Shown here in pieces: positions 19,879 through 29,337 of a stretch of 64,000 bases of DNA. Below the pieces are notes generated by a model, which worked only from the letters and a program-made list of their open reading frames with translations, did not search any database and had not been told where the DNA came from. Source of the DNA: Longimicrobiales bacterium (lineage in GTDB: Bacteria > Gemmatimonadota > Gemmatimonadetes > Longimicrobiales > Gaopeijiaceae); assembly GCA_965238005.1 (NCBI GenBank), contig OZ250165.1:160001-224000 (forward strand), written 5' to 3'. The translations under genes and the position numbers were made by a program. Every line of letters begins with the position of its first letter. Position 1 is the stretch's first letter.

Positions 19879-20511
19879 TCACTCGTCCAGGGGCACGCCC
19901 GCCGCTTGTTTGTAGACCCAAAGAATCCTTCTGACCACCGTGTAATTGGTGAGAACGGCGAAGATTACGATCACCCCGCTGATGACGAGACCATCCCAGC
20001 TGAGGCCGAAGATCAGCGATCCAACGCCTAGGAGGACCACCCGCTCGGCCCTCTGCATGAGCCCGACTGAGCAGTCGAGGCCCAGCGTCTCGGCCTTGGC
20101 TCGCGTGTAGCTGATCATGAGAGAGCCCGCCATGGCCAGAGCGATCAGGTAGATCATGCCGATGTTCAGGAGGGACATCTCGTATTGGTTGTAAAGCGAG
20201 ATGAGGCCGATGTAGATGACTACCTCGCTGATCCTGTCGAGCACCGAGTCGTAGAACGCGCCGAACTTGGACTGGAGCCCCGACTCGCGGGCGACCCGTC
20301 CGTCGAAGATGTCGTGGGCACCCCCAAGGAGGACGAAGAGCCCCGCCGTGCGCACATGATCGGTCCCGTAGAGGAACCCCGCGAACACCGTCACCACGAA
20401 CCCGCTGGTGGTGATGAGGTTCGGATGCACGCGCTTCCTCACCAGCCACCGCGTGAGCGGATCGATGATCGGGTAGACCCGATCGCGGAGGTCGTCTAGG
20501 TTCTTTCCCAT
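19879..20511 (-). CDS. CDP-alcohol phosphatidyltransferase (PI/PIP-synthase-like)
   Basis: HPNLIT, DIFDGRVAR...GAFYDSVLDRISE signature, SYTRAKAE, RAER. Confidence 0.9.
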   Translation of the reverse strand: MGKNLDDLRDRVYPIIDPLTRWLVRKRVHPNLITTSGFVVTVFAGFLYGTDHVRTAGLFVLLGGAHDIFDGRVARESGLQSKFGAFYDSVLDRISEVVIYIGLISLYNQYEMSLLNIGMIYLIALAMAGSLMISYTRAKAETLGLDCSVGLMQRAERVVLLGVGSLIFGLSWDGLVISGVIVIFAVLTNYTVVRRILWVYKQAAGVPLDE

Positions 20512-20528
20512 GTCCGCCTGGCCGCCTT

Positions 20529-20885
20529 CTACGGCATGATGATCCGGCTCTCGGCGCCCTCGACGATCCCTTCCTGGATCGTCTGATTCACCTTGAGCAG
20601 AATCTTATCGAAGTTCGCCTGAGCCGAGACGAGTTGCTGATAGGTGGAGCTCGCCTGGAGTCGGCCTACGGCGTCTTCATAGCTCGACTTGAGCTCGTCA
20701 TCCGGCTCGCTCCCGGCCTGGAGCGCCTTTTCGATCCGACGCTCGAGGCTTTCCAGCTCCGTACGCAGCTCGGCCATTTCCCGATCGTCGTCGGTCGATG
20801 CGACGACGACTTTGAGGATCTGATACTCGTCGGTCCGAGCAAGGGCCCTGCCCATGTCCTTGGCCATCTCCATCATGCGCGACAT
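20529..20885 (-). CDS. YlbF/YmcA (Com_YlbF)-like helical protein
   Basis: 118 aa; pattern MAKDMGRALARTDEY...AQANFDKILLKVNQTI resembles the YlbF family. Confidence 0.7.
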   Translation of the reverse strand: MSRMMEMAKDMGRALARTDEYQILKVVVASTDDDREMAELRTELESLERRIEKALQAGSEPDDELKSSYEDAVGRLQASSTYQQLVSAQANFDKILLKVNQTIQEGIVEGAESRIIMP

Positions 20886-20936
20886 TTGCTTCCTGCCTCT
20901 GTGGTCCAGACCCCGCGTCTGGACTCGGGGGTTGTT

Positions 20937-21857
20937 TCATTCTCGGGTCCGTTCGGCCATCACGACTCGCGGGCGGCCACTCAGATCTCGTCGGACCCGG
21001 GCCGGGCCGAATGCACCCGTCTCCTCGATCAACTCGACCACGCGGGACGCCTGTCCCGTCCCTATCTCCAGGGCCAGGAGCCCACCGGGCAGCACCCGCT
21101 CAGCGGCGCGGGCTACCAGAGGCCGGATCACGTCGAGCCCGTCCGCCCCCGCGAACAGGGCTTCGGCCGGCTCCCACTCGCTGACTTCGGGCTCGAGGTC
21201 CGGCCTCTGTCCCTCTTCCACGTAGGGGGGGTTCGAAACGACGACATCGAATCGCTCCTCCGCCCGGAGGGCCTCGAACAACCCTCCTTGGCGGAACTCC
21301 ACCTTCTCGGCGGCACCGTGCCGTCGGGCGTTCTCCGCCGCAACCTCGAGCGCATCCGGCGAAACGTCCGTGGCAACGACACGGCCGCAGGGTCTCTCCA
21401 CAGCCAGCGACAGGGCGATCGCGCCGCTCCCGGTTCCTACGTCCAGCACGATCCCCAGGCCTTCCGGCCGGTCGGCCGCCCAGCCCAGAACCTCTTCCAC
21501 CAACACCTCGGTCTCGGGACGAGGAACCAGAACCCGCCCGTCGGTCACCAGCTCCAGCTCCCGGAAGGCCGTCCGACCGAGAATGTACTGTAGTGGCTCC
21601 CGGCCGGCCCGGCGACGGAGTAACGGCTTGAACGCTTCCCGCTCCTCCCGGCTCAGCGACCGGTCGTACTGCAAGTACAGCTGAAGGCGGTCGACCTCGA
21701 GCGCGTCCGCCAGCAGCCACTCCGCATCCAGCCGCCCGTTCTCGACACCCTTTTCGGTAAGGTAGTCGGCGCTCCACAGGATCATCCGGAGAATCGTCCA
21801 CGCCTCTTCGGGACCAGCATTCTCCCTGATACGTGCGGCTCCTTCGGCGGCGCTCAC
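20937..21857 (-). CDS. prmC: Release factor glutamine methyltransferase PrmC
   Basis: EPLQYI, VPRPETE, DVGTGSG, SNPPY; follows prfA. Confidence 0.96.
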   Translation of the reverse strand: MSAAEGAARIRENAGPEEAWTILRMILWSADYLTEKGVENGRLDAEWLLADALEVDRLQLYLQYDRSLSREEREAFKPLLRRRAGREPLQYILGRTAFRELELVTDGRVLVPRPETEVLVEEVLGWAADRPEGLGIVLDVGTGSGAIALSLAVERPCGRVVATDVSPDALEVAAENARRHGAAEKVEFRQGGLFEALRAEERFDVVVSNPPYVEEGQRPDLEPEVSEWEPAEALFAGADGLDVIRPLVARAAERVLPGGLLALEIGTGQASRVVELIEETGAFGPARVRRDLSGRPRVVMAERTRE

Positions 21858-22954
21858 TCCGCGACGCCTCGGAGGCGCTCTTCCCGATCGGCGAGCCGTA
21901 GCGCCGCGATCAGCTCGCTCAAGTCGCCGTCCAGTACCTGGTCCAGGGTGTGGAGGGAGAGCTTGATCCGGTGATCCGTCACGCGGCTCTGGGGGAAGTT
22001 GTACGTGCGGATCTTCGCGGATCGGTCCCCGGTGCCCACTTGAGTCCGCCTCTCCCGTGATCTTTCCGCCTCTTGCTCTGCGATCTTCTGGTCCAGCAGA
22101 CGGCTCCGGAGAACCTTGAGCGCCTTCGCCTTGTTCTTGTGCTGGGACTTCTCATCCTGACACGAGACGACCAGCCCCGAAGGCACGTGCGTGATGCGCA
22201 CCGCCGAATCCGTGGTGTTCACGGACTGGCCCCCTGGTCCCGAGGAGCGGAAGACGTCGATCCGTAGGTCCTTTGGATCGATGTCCAGATCGACCTCGTC
22301 GGCCTCCGGCAGCACGGCCACTGTCGCCGCCGAAGTGTGGATCCTGCCCTGGCTCTCCGTTTCCGGGACGCGCTGCACCCGATGTACGCCCGACTCGTAT
22401 CGGAGGCGGCCGTAGACGCCCTTCCCTCGGACCGTGAAGATGGCCTCCTTGATCGAGCCCGGAATGCCCTCGGAAAGACTCATGAGCTCGATGCTCCAGC
22501 CCTCGCGCTCCGCCGCCCTCTGGTACATGCGGAACAGGTCGTGGGCGAAGAGCCCGGCTTCGTCGCCCCCGGTGCCGGCGCGGATCTCCACGACCGCCGC
22601 ACGGTCGTCCAGGGGGTCCTTGGGGATCAGGAGCTTGCGCGCCTGGTCTCCCAAGGTCTCGATCCGCCCCTCGAGGGAAGCGATCTCGTCCTCGGCTAGG
22701 GAGCGCATCTCGGGGTCGTCGGCCTCAGAAAATAACTCCCGGGCTCCCTGGTGCTCGCCCAGGAGGCCCAGGAGTTGGTCTGCGACTTGGATCACGGGCG
22801 CAAGCTCGGCCCGCTCCTGTCCCAGCGTCCGAAGCCGATCCAGGTTCTGGATGACCTCCGGGCTGGCCAGCTCGTCGTCCAGACCGCGGAATCGCCCCTG
22901 AGCCTCACGAAGACGGTCGAGGAGCCGCTCATCGACTCCCCCGGGGTTACCCAT
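21854..22954 (-). CDS. prfA: Peptide chain release factor 1
   Basis: [30 protein letters not shown]. Confidence 0.97.
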   Translation of the reverse strand: MGNPGGVDERLLDRLREAQGRFRGLDDELASPEVIQNLDRLRTLGQERAELAPVIQVADQLLGLLGEHQGARELFSEADDPEMRSLAEDEIASLEGRIETLGDQARKLLIPKDPLDDRAAVVEIRAGTGGDEAGLFAHDLFRMYQRAAEREGWSIELMSLSEGIPGSIKEAIFTVRGKGVYGRLRYESGVHRVQRVPETESQGRIHTSAATVAVLPEADEVDLDIDPKDLRIDVFRSSGPGGQSVNTTDSAVRITHVPSGLVVSCQDEKSQHKNKAKALKVLRSRLLDQKIAEQEAERSRERRTQVGTGDRSAKIRTYNFPQSRVTDHRIKLSLHTLDQVLDGDLSELIAALRLADREERLRGVAE

Positions 22955-22978
22955 ACGCGAATCGGACCCGGTTTCGTC

Positions 22979-23185
22979 CTACTTGCTGGCCTTCTCGTAC
23001 TTCTTCTTGAACCGCTCGACCCGCCCTGCCGTATCGACCAGGCGCTGCTTGCCCGTGTAAAACGGGTGGCACACGGAGCAGATATCGGTGTGCACTTTGG
23101 CCTGGGTCGCCATGGTCTCGAACGTGTGTCCACACGCGCAGGTTACCATGGCCGGCACGTATTCGGGGTGGATACCCTCTTTCAT
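22979..23185 (-). CDS. rpmE: 50S ribosomal protein L31 (Zn-binding form)
   Basis: MKEGIHP..CACG...[21 protein letters not shown]. Confidence 0.97.
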   Translation of the reverse strand: MKEGIHPEYVPAMVTCACGHTFETMATQAKVHTDICSVCHPFYTGKQRLVDTAGRVERFKKKYEKASK

Positions 23186-23209
23186 GATCCATCTCCGGTA
23201 TTCAACAGA

Positions 23210-23263
23210 AAAGCGGGCCGGGGATCCCCGGCGAGAACGCCTCGCGGGAATCCGCGCCCGCTC
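23210..23263 (-). promoter_or_regulatory. Long hairpin in the rpmE 5' leader (candidate L31 leader or attenuator)
   Basis: Minus strand GAGCGGGC-GC-GGATTCCC-GCGAG-GCGTT-CTCGC-C-GGGGATCC-CCG-GCCCGCTT, followed by a short T-run about 25 nt before the ATG. Confidence 0.5.
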
Positions 23264-23265
23264 TT

Positions 23266-23356
23266 TAGTGTCCCGTTGCCAAAGTGTCTCGGCCGGTCGA
23301 GGGCACGGTGCATCCGACCCTCTTGGTGTCTCGCGAACTTCGGAAACGGAACACTA
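23266..23356. mobile_element. MITE-like repeat family A, internally deleted copy A3 (91 bp, inverted relative to A1/A2)
   Basis: Reverse complement matches both ends of A1/A2 but lacks about 93 bp of central core. Confidence 0.85.
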
Positions 23357-23364
23357 GCCTGGGA

Positions 23365-23393
23365 AATATAGAAATCCGGAGAGGTCAGTTCAA
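23365..23393 (-). promoter_or_regulatory. Sigma70-type promoter for the rpmE-prfA-prmC operon
   Basis: Minus strand TTGAAC-17 nt-TATATT. Confidence 0.6.
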
Positions 23394-24989
23394 GCCGGTC
23401 CTATTGCGTCCCGCGCCCGCCAGTAACACCAGCGTGACGACCAGCGCCGCCGGGCCGGCAACATCTCCGGTGCGTGTGTAGAGGGTCGTGACGTCGCTCG
23501 TGTAGACGGTGGCTTCCAGTACCTCCGGCTGGAAGAGCCTGGTCCGCCCGTACACCCGCCCGCGGGGGTCCACGAAGAGCGAGATACCCGTGTTCGCGGC
23601 CCGGGCGACGCCGACCCGGTTCTCGATGGCGCGCATGACCAAGTGAGCAGGGTGCTGCCAGAGCGCCGCCGTCCGTGAATACCACGGTTCCCGTCCGAAC
23701 CATGCGTCGTTGGTGAGGTTCACCAGCACGTTCGCTCCCTCCCGGCGGAAGCGTCGAGCGTGCCCGGGGTAGGCGGACTCGAAGCAGATGAGCGTCCCGA
23801 TTCGAGCTCCGCTTCTAGTCGACCCCAGCGGCCAGCCCTCCCCTCGTTCGTACTGGCCGAATGCCTGCCCGCTCTCCACCCACGTGGCGGGCACCAAGGG
23901 CACCCGCTCCACCAGGGGGACTAGGCGATGCTTGTCGTAGCGAAAGCCGGTGAGGACCCCGTCGGCCGACGTGAGGAAGGCCGAGTTGAACTGCACCGAC
24001 GGCCGCGCGCCCTCGCTCCCCTGACCGATGGCCCCGAACAGAACCGGAGCGCCCCACCGCTCCGCGACCCCGAGCACCCGCCGTCGCAGCTCTTCATCCA
24101 CCTCGACCGGCCCCAGGATCGTGGCCTCGGGCCATATCACGAGCTCGGGAGGGGGCTCCCGGAGCGTCGGCCCCGACCTTTGGACGCCCGGCGGGATCTC
24201 CTCGGGCTCGGGAGCTAGCCTTTCAAGCGCTGCCAGCGTGCTGTCGATCGCGCTTCTAGGGTCCAGCTTCACCGGCTCGGGAACATTGGGCTGCACCACG
24301 ACGACGTGGCCGATGGCCCGTACCGGCAGTGTGGCCGCACGCCAGTAGCCCCACCCGGCCGGGACAGCCAGAACGATGGAGAAGGCGGCGGCCCAGGCCA
24401 AGGCCTTGCGCATGCCGAGCTCACCACGGGCGGCGAGGACCGCCTCGGCCAGTAGCCCGTTCAGGACCGCCAGCCAGAGGGTGACGCCGCGAGCCCCCAC
24501 CAGCTCGGCCGACCCGACCAGCTCGGGATACGCCGTGAGCGAGGTCCCGAGACCCAACCAGGGGAAGGCCAACCCGCCCGGTGCGTGCGCCCGCAGCCAC
24601 TCCAGGGCCGTCCAGGCCAGCGGAAGGGCAAGCCACAACGGAATTCCACCCCGACGCACCATCCGGTGAAGTGCCCAGGCGAAGGAGCCGGCGCCCAACC
24701 CGAGAGCCGACACCACAGCCAGGTACGCGGGGATCGCCCACCAGGTGAACCACACGAGGGCGATTGCGATCCAGTGGAGGAGAAGCCCGAAGTACAGGAG
24801 ACCGAACCAGACTCCACCTCGGAATGCCTCCCCCGGCGCACTCCCGTCGCTCCCGCGGTCGACGATCCAGACCGCGAGAGGGACGAGGGCTACGAACGAC
24901 GGGATCAACAGATGGAGCGGTGGAAACGCGCTGACGAGGAGTACTGCGGAGACGGCGGGAACCAGGCGGTCCCCGGGCCCGGGGATCAC
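23385..24989 (-). CDS. lnt: Apolipoprotein N-acyltransferase Lnt
   Basis: TM helices, AFPW, QPN, and an intact nitrilase-fold triad WPE / YDKHRLVP / ICFES; NLTNDAWF; MRAIENR...RAANTGIS. GTG start overlaps the upstream stop (GTGA). Confidence 0.94.
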   Translation of the reverse strand: MIPGPGDRLVPAVSAVLLVSAFPPLHLLIPSFVALVPLAVWIVDRGSDGSAPGEAFRGGVWFGLLYFGLLLHWIAIALVWFTWWAIPAYLAVVSALGLGAGSFAWALHRMVRRGGIPLWLALPLAWTALEWLRAHAPGGLAFPWLGLGTSLTAYPELVGSAELVGARGVTLWLAVLNGLLAEAVLAARGELGMRKALAWAAAFSIVLAVPAGWGYWRAATLPVRAIGHVVVVQPNVPEPVKLDPRSAIDSTLAALERLAPEPEEIPPGVQRSGPTLREPPPELVIWPEATILGPVEVDEELRRRVLGVAERWGAPVLFGAIGQGSEGARPSVQFNSAFLTSADGVLTGFRYDKHRLVPLVERVPLVPATWVESGQAFGQYERGEGWPLGSTRSGARIGTLICFESAYPGHARRFRREGANVLVNLTNDAWFGREPWYSRTAALWQHPAHLVMRAIENRVGVARAANTGISLFVDPRGRVYGRTRLFQPEVLEATVYTSDVTTLYTRTGDVAGPAALVVTLVLLAGAGRNRTGLN

Positions 24990-26278
24990 TCCCCTGCCGG
25001 TGGCCACGCCCTGAGCACTCCCCAGGCGAGCCCGAGGTGGGCAGGTAGTGCCAGGGCCAGAATCTCCCCGTTGACCTGATCCAGACCGGGCAGCACCTGC
25101 AGGGCGAGCCCGGCCACGCCCAGCGCGGCGACAGTGACAGCGGCGCGCCCAGTCCACACGCGCCCCTTCCCCGTGGCGGCCAGGAGGAGCATAGCAGAGA
25201 GTACCAGAGACACCGGGTTGGCCTGGAAGGCGTTCTCGTTCAACCCCAAGAAGAAGTGATCCGTGAAGAACCACGAGAGCAGCAGCGCCGAACCCAGGAG
25301 TCCAACGATGAGGCTCCACCCCCCGCCCGCCAGCGCCAGGAGCCATGCCGCCCAGCGCTTGCCTCTTCCGGCCATCCATCCGGAGATGGCGAAGAGACCC
25401 CCGAACACGGCCCCCGTCAGGAGGAACCCGACGAGCTTGTTGGGAGCGCTGCTCGGGACGGGCCCCCGGCGGGCATCCACGACCTGCACGGCCGGCCCCA
25501 GAAGCGGCACGTCCTCACCTTCGAACGTCGGTGCCCGCACCTCCTCGAGCTGGCGCTGGAGCGGGAGGGGCAGGAACATCTCGTCCCACACCGAGATGGG
25601 CTCGTCCGCGCGGTTGCCCATGACGAACTGGATGCCCGCGTAGGGCGCCAGCACCGGCCCTAGCAGCCGGGCCGTGTGCCACCGGTAGGTAGTGCCCGTC
25701 TCCAGTCCCTCCGTCGCCGCCCGGATCCGTCCGCCCAAGACACGGTCGAGAGCATCCCGGACGCGGGTGGAGCAGTTGTCCCGATAGTAGTCGTATCGGT
25801 AGTAGCGGTTGGCCTCGGTATCCGTCTCGCGGACATGTGCCTGGAGCTCGAGTCGCTGGCCCGGGGTTAAGTTGACCCGTTGGAGCCAGACGCTGCGATT
25901 CACGCGCCGATAGGACTCGATCATGTCTGCGGACCGGTACCCGGCCATCCAGTAGCGCATGCGGCCCCGGAGCAGACGTGGGATGAAGTCCGACTGATTG
26001 AATTCGAACATGCCCCAGTTGTAGGCGATCTCGGTCCCCGCCCGGCCGTCTCGGATGACCAGAGCGTTGTGGCTGAAGCGCTCCCAGATGGCATCGCCCG
26101 GGCCCATGGTCATGAGGAACACTTCGAGATGCGAGCCCAGGACTGGCGCGGAGGCGGAGTCAGCCTCCGCCTGTGGGAGGACCTCTGCGCGGAGGGGAGC
26201 GTGGAGTCCGGCGGCCCCAAGCGTCACGGCCACAAAGAGGACGCATGCGAGCCCCCGCGGCTCCTCAGCCTTCGCCAA
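24986..26278 (-). CDS. DUF4105 / Lnb-like membrane protein (putative lipoprotein N-acyltransferase)
   Basis: Signal peptide; LMTMGPGDAIWERFSHNAL; YNWGMF; YRYDYYRDNCSTRVRD; MFLP; four C-terminal TM helices with FFTDH and NEN. Confidence 0.82.
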   Translation of the reverse strand: MAKAEEPRGLACVLFVAVTLGAAGLHAPLRAEVLPQAEADSASAPVLGSHLEVFLMTMGPGDAIWERFSHNALVIRDGRAGTEIAYNWGMFEFNQSDFIPRLLRGRMRYWMAGYRSADMIESYRRVNRSVWLQRVNLTPGQRLELQAHVRETDTEANRYYRYDYYRDNCSTRVRDALDRVLGGRIRAATEGLETGTTYRWHTARLLGPVLAPYAGIQFVMGNRADEPISVWDEMFLPLPLQRQLEEVRAPTFEGEDVPLLGPAVQVVDARRGPVPSSAPNKLVGFLLTGAVFGGLFAISGWMAGRGKRWAAWLLALAGGGWSLIVGLLGSALLLSWFFTDHFFLGLNENAFQANPVSLVLSAMLLLAATGKGRVWTGRAAVTVAALGVAGLALQVLPGLDQVNGEILALALPAHLGLAWGVLRAWPPAGE

Positions 26279-27290
26279 GTCGTACCTCCTGCCCCTGCTC
26301 CGCCGATCGGTACACGGCCTGCATGACCTCCATCAGATGGACCTGCTCCGTAGGAAACGGCAGGTCGCACTCACCCGCCACCGCCCTGACGAACTGATCC
26401 AGCAGCCTCCGGTAGGCGTTCGTGAAGGGATTCTCACCCCCCCGTGGCTTGGGCTGCCGCGGCGTCACGTCCATGGGCCGGCCGCCCAGCTGCTTCTGGA
26501 TCTCCAGGGGGGGCATAGAGCCCGATCCGTCGGTCCCCATGACCCGGGCGTAAGTGCGATCGGCATCGGCGAACAGGCTCCGGCTCGCCTCGACGCTGAA
26601 GACCGTGCCGGAGTCGGCCACGGCGAAGACGCTGGCCGCGTCCTCCACGGAGTCGTCTCCTTTCTGGAACACAGCCGAGACTCTGGTGATTTGTGGATAC
26701 CCCACCAGCCAGAATGCAAGATCCAGGATCTGGACGCCCAGGTCCATGAGTGCCCCACCCCCCCGCTCCGGCTTCTGGCGCCACGTCGAGCGCACGGACG
26801 GGGTCTTCCGCGTGAGGGAGCTCGCACGCACCGCGTAGATGTCGCCAAGCTCGCCGCCGGCCACGAAGGACGCCAGAGCTCCTGCGTCGGGGCGGAACCG
26901 GTGATTCATCCCGACGGCGAGACAGCGTCCGACAGAGTCGGCCACGTCCAGGACCCGCTGCACCCCCTCGGGAGTGAGCGCGAGGGGCCGCTCCACGAGG
27001 ACGTGCTTCCCGGCCTCGAGAGCTGCGATGGCCAGCGTCTCGTGGAGGTGGTTGGGCGCGCAGATCACGGCGGCCTGGATGTCCTCGTCCTGAACCAGCT
27101 CCTGGTCGGAGAGGACCTTCGGCACATCGAAGCGGTTGGCGAGGGCGTCGGCCTTGGGCCGGTCCGCGTCGGCGAGGGCGACGACGTCGGCGTCTTCCCG
27201 CTCGGAGAGGATGGGGAGGTAGACGATCTGGCTGATGGCGCCGACGCCCAGAACTCCGACCTGGATCGGGTCGGGCTCCGATCCGAACAT
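26265..27290 (-). CDS. Gfo/Idh/MocA family oxidoreductase-like protein
   Basis: GVLGVGAI Rossmann motif, PNHLH, AGKHVLVERP, GGALMDLGVQ. Confidence 0.88.
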   Translation of the reverse strand: MFGSEPDPIQVGVLGVGAISQIVYLPILSEREDADVVALADADRPKADALANRFDVPKVLSDQELVQDEDIQAAVICAPNHLHETLAIAALEAGKHVLVERPLALTPEGVQRVLDVADSVGRCLAVGMNHRFRPDAGALASFVAGGELGDIYAVRASSLTRKTPSVRSTWRQKPERGGGALMDLGVQILDLAFWLVGYPQITRVSAVFQKGDDSVEDAASVFAVADSGTVFSVEASRSLFADADRTYARVMGTDGSGSMPPLEIQKQLGGRPMDVTPRQPKPRGGENPFTNAYRRLLDQFVRAVAGECDLPFPTEQVHLMEVMQAVYRSAEQGQEVRLGEG

Positions 27291-27964
27291 CAGCGTGCCT
27301 CACCTTGGACGAGCTCGCCCCAGATGTAGCTGAGGCCGAAGCGGAGCTCTACATAGCGCAGGTCTCCGAGCACCTCGAACTTGCTTCCTCCGTAGAGCCG
27401 GAATCGATCCGTGACCGGATACTCCAGGCCTCCATGCACGTTGAAGCCCGCCGAGACGGAGTCCAGTAGGTCCTCGACAAACGTGCCGTTCACGGCCGGC
27501 CCCGATCCGTTCAAGAAGTGGGTCGAGACGCCGACCCCGGTCCAGAGGAAGAGGTCGAGAGGCACAGACCACATGTAGTGCCCGTCCACGCTGATGACCA
27601 CGTCGTCCCGGTCGATGGACCCGAGGTCGAACCCTCCCGGCGGAGCCGTGCCACCCTGGATGGCATTCAGCGCTGCCAGACGCGCCTCGAAATCGTTCAC
27701 CTCGTCTTGGGCCATGCGAGACGTCCAGAAGGCCACACCGGGAACGATCCGGAAGCCCGGGCCGAGAAAGCCGAGATCGAACCGGAGCGCGAAGATCTCC
27801 GTGTTCTCCACGTTGTTGGCGAAGATGTACCCGCCCTCGGCCAGAACCCCTCGGAAGGAGAGGTTCGCGTAATCGTAGTCCGCCAGCTCCTGACTTCCCG
27901 CGCCCGCGGGGGCGAGGATCACCACTGCTGCCAACGCCAACTTCCACATCGCATCCGTCCTCAT
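27290..27964 (-). CDS. Exported protein, probable outer-membrane beta-barrel
   Basis: Signal peptide; alternating amphipathic strands; near-terminal FGLSYIW; TGATG overlap with the next gene. Confidence 0.65.
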   Translation of the reverse strand: MRTDAMWKLALAAVVILAPAGAGSQELADYDYANLSFRGVLAEGGYIFANNVENTEIFALRFDLGFLGPGFRIVPGVAFWTSRMAQDEVNDFEARLAALNAIQGGTAPPGGFDLGSIDRDDVVISVDGHYMWSVPLDLFLWTGVGVSTHFLNGSGPAVNGTFVEDLLDSVSAGFNVHGGLEYPVTDRFRLYGGSKFEVLGDLRYVELRFGLSYIWGELVQGEAR

Positions 27965-28009
27965 CAGGACCTCACCTCCCTAGTCATACGTGCGCGTGAA
28001 TCCTCGAAA

Positions 28010-28049
28010 AGGCCTGTGCGCGACCCACTGTACTCCTTCAACAGGCCTC
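28010..28049. repeat. Collapsed remnant of MITE-like family B (B4)
   Basis: CCTGTGCGCGACCCACTGTACTCCTTCAACAGGCCTC matches the right end of 38896-39156; AGGCCTGT...ACAGGCCT form short inverted ends; a few bp after the hemL stop. Confidence 0.75.
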
Positions 28050-28053
28050 TCAG

Positions 28054-29337
28054 TCAGCCGACCTCCAGCGCCGCCTCCCGAACCGCCTCCAGGGTCTCGT
28101 CGATGACGTCCGGCGTGTGGGCGGTGGACAGGAAGCCGGCCTCGAACGGGGATGGAGCAAGAAACACGCCTCGATCGAGGCACGCCCGGTGGAAGAGTCG
28201 GAACTTGTCGGTATCCGCGCCTTGAGCGTCCTCGAAGGAGTGGACGGCCCCCCCGCGGAAGAAAACACCCCACATGGACCCCACGGAGCTTCCGGTAGCC
28301 GGTATTCCCGCATCCTCCAGGGCCGACACCACACCCTTCGCCAGGCGGCTCGCGGCAGCCTCCAGGTCCCGGAAGGGGTCGTGGGTCTCGAGGTATGCGA
28401 GCTGGGCGCCACCGGCCGCCGTGGCCAGGGGATTCCCCGAAAGGGTCCCGGCCTGATAGACGGGTCCGGCGGGAGCCACCTGTTCCATGATGTCGCGGCG
28501 GCCGCCGAACGCACCCACGGGCAGACCGCCCCCGATGACCTTCCCCAGCGTGGTGAGGTCCGGAAGGACGTCGTAGCGCTCCTGTGCCCCACCCATGGCG
28601 ACCCGGAAGCCGGTCATGACCTCGTCGAAGACGAGAAGGGCACCGTGTCGCTCCGTAACCGAGCGCAGCCCTTCCAGGAATCCGTCCACCGGGGGGATCA
28701 GACCCGAGTTACCCACCACGGGCTCCACGAACACGCTGGAGATCTCTTCTCCCCGGGCAGCGAAGAGCTCCTCCGCGGCGACCAGGTCGTTGAAGGGCAG
28801 CACCGCCGTGTGGGACGCCGCCGCCGCCGGAACGCCGGGCGAGTCGGGGAGGCCCAGCGTCGCCACACCGCTCCCCGCAGCCACCAGAAAGGCGTCGGCG
28901 TGGCCGTGGTAGCATCCGGAGAACTTGAGGGCGACGTCCCGTCCGGTGGCGGCCCGGGCCAGGCGAAGGGCGCTCATGGTGGCCTCGGTACCACTGTTCA
29001 CCAGGCGCACCATCTCGACCCCCGGCACCAAGCGCACGATTCGCTCCGCCAGGTCGACTTCGGCGGCCGTCGGGGCTCCGTACGAGGTGCCGCGGTGGAG
29101 CTGGTCGGCCACCGCTTCAATGACCACTGGATGGGCGTGCCCCAGGATGAGGGGCCCCCAGCTCAGGACGTAGTCCATGTAGCGACGTCCCTCGGTGTCG
29201 TACAGGTAAGGGCCCTCACCGCGCTCCACGAAGAACGGCGTGCTCCCGACCGAACGGAAGGACCGCACCGGAGAGTTGACCCCCCCGGGGATCAGCTCCT
29301 GGGCGCGCCGCCAGAGTGCGTCGGAAACGCCCGTCAC
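28054..29337 (-). CDS. hemL: Glutamate-1-semialdehyde 2,1-aminomutase
   Basis: IPGGVNSPVR, VNSGTEATM, YHGHAD, FDEVMTGFR, GKVIGGG, QAGTLSGNP. Confidence 0.97.
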   Translation of the reverse strand: MTGVSDALWRRAQELIPGGVNSPVRSFRSVGSTPFFVERGEGPYLYDTEGRRYMDYVLSWGPLILGHAHPVVIEAVADQLHRGTSYGAPTAAEVDLAERIVRLVPGVEMVRLVNSGTEATMSALRLARAATGRDVALKFSGCYHGHADAFLVAAGSGVATLGLPDSPGVPAAAASHTAVLPFNDLVAAEELFAARGEEISSVFVEPVVGNSGLIPPVDGFLEGLRSVTERHGALLVFDEVMTGFRVAMGGAQERYDVLPDLTTLGKVIGGGLPVGAFGGRRDIMEQVAPAGPVYQAGTLSGNPLATAAGGAQLAYLETHDPFRDLEAAASRLAKGVVSALEDAGIPATGSSVGSMWGVFFRGGAVHSFEDAQGADTDKFRLFHRACLDRGVFLAPSPFEAGFLSTAHTPDVIDETLEAVREAALEVG

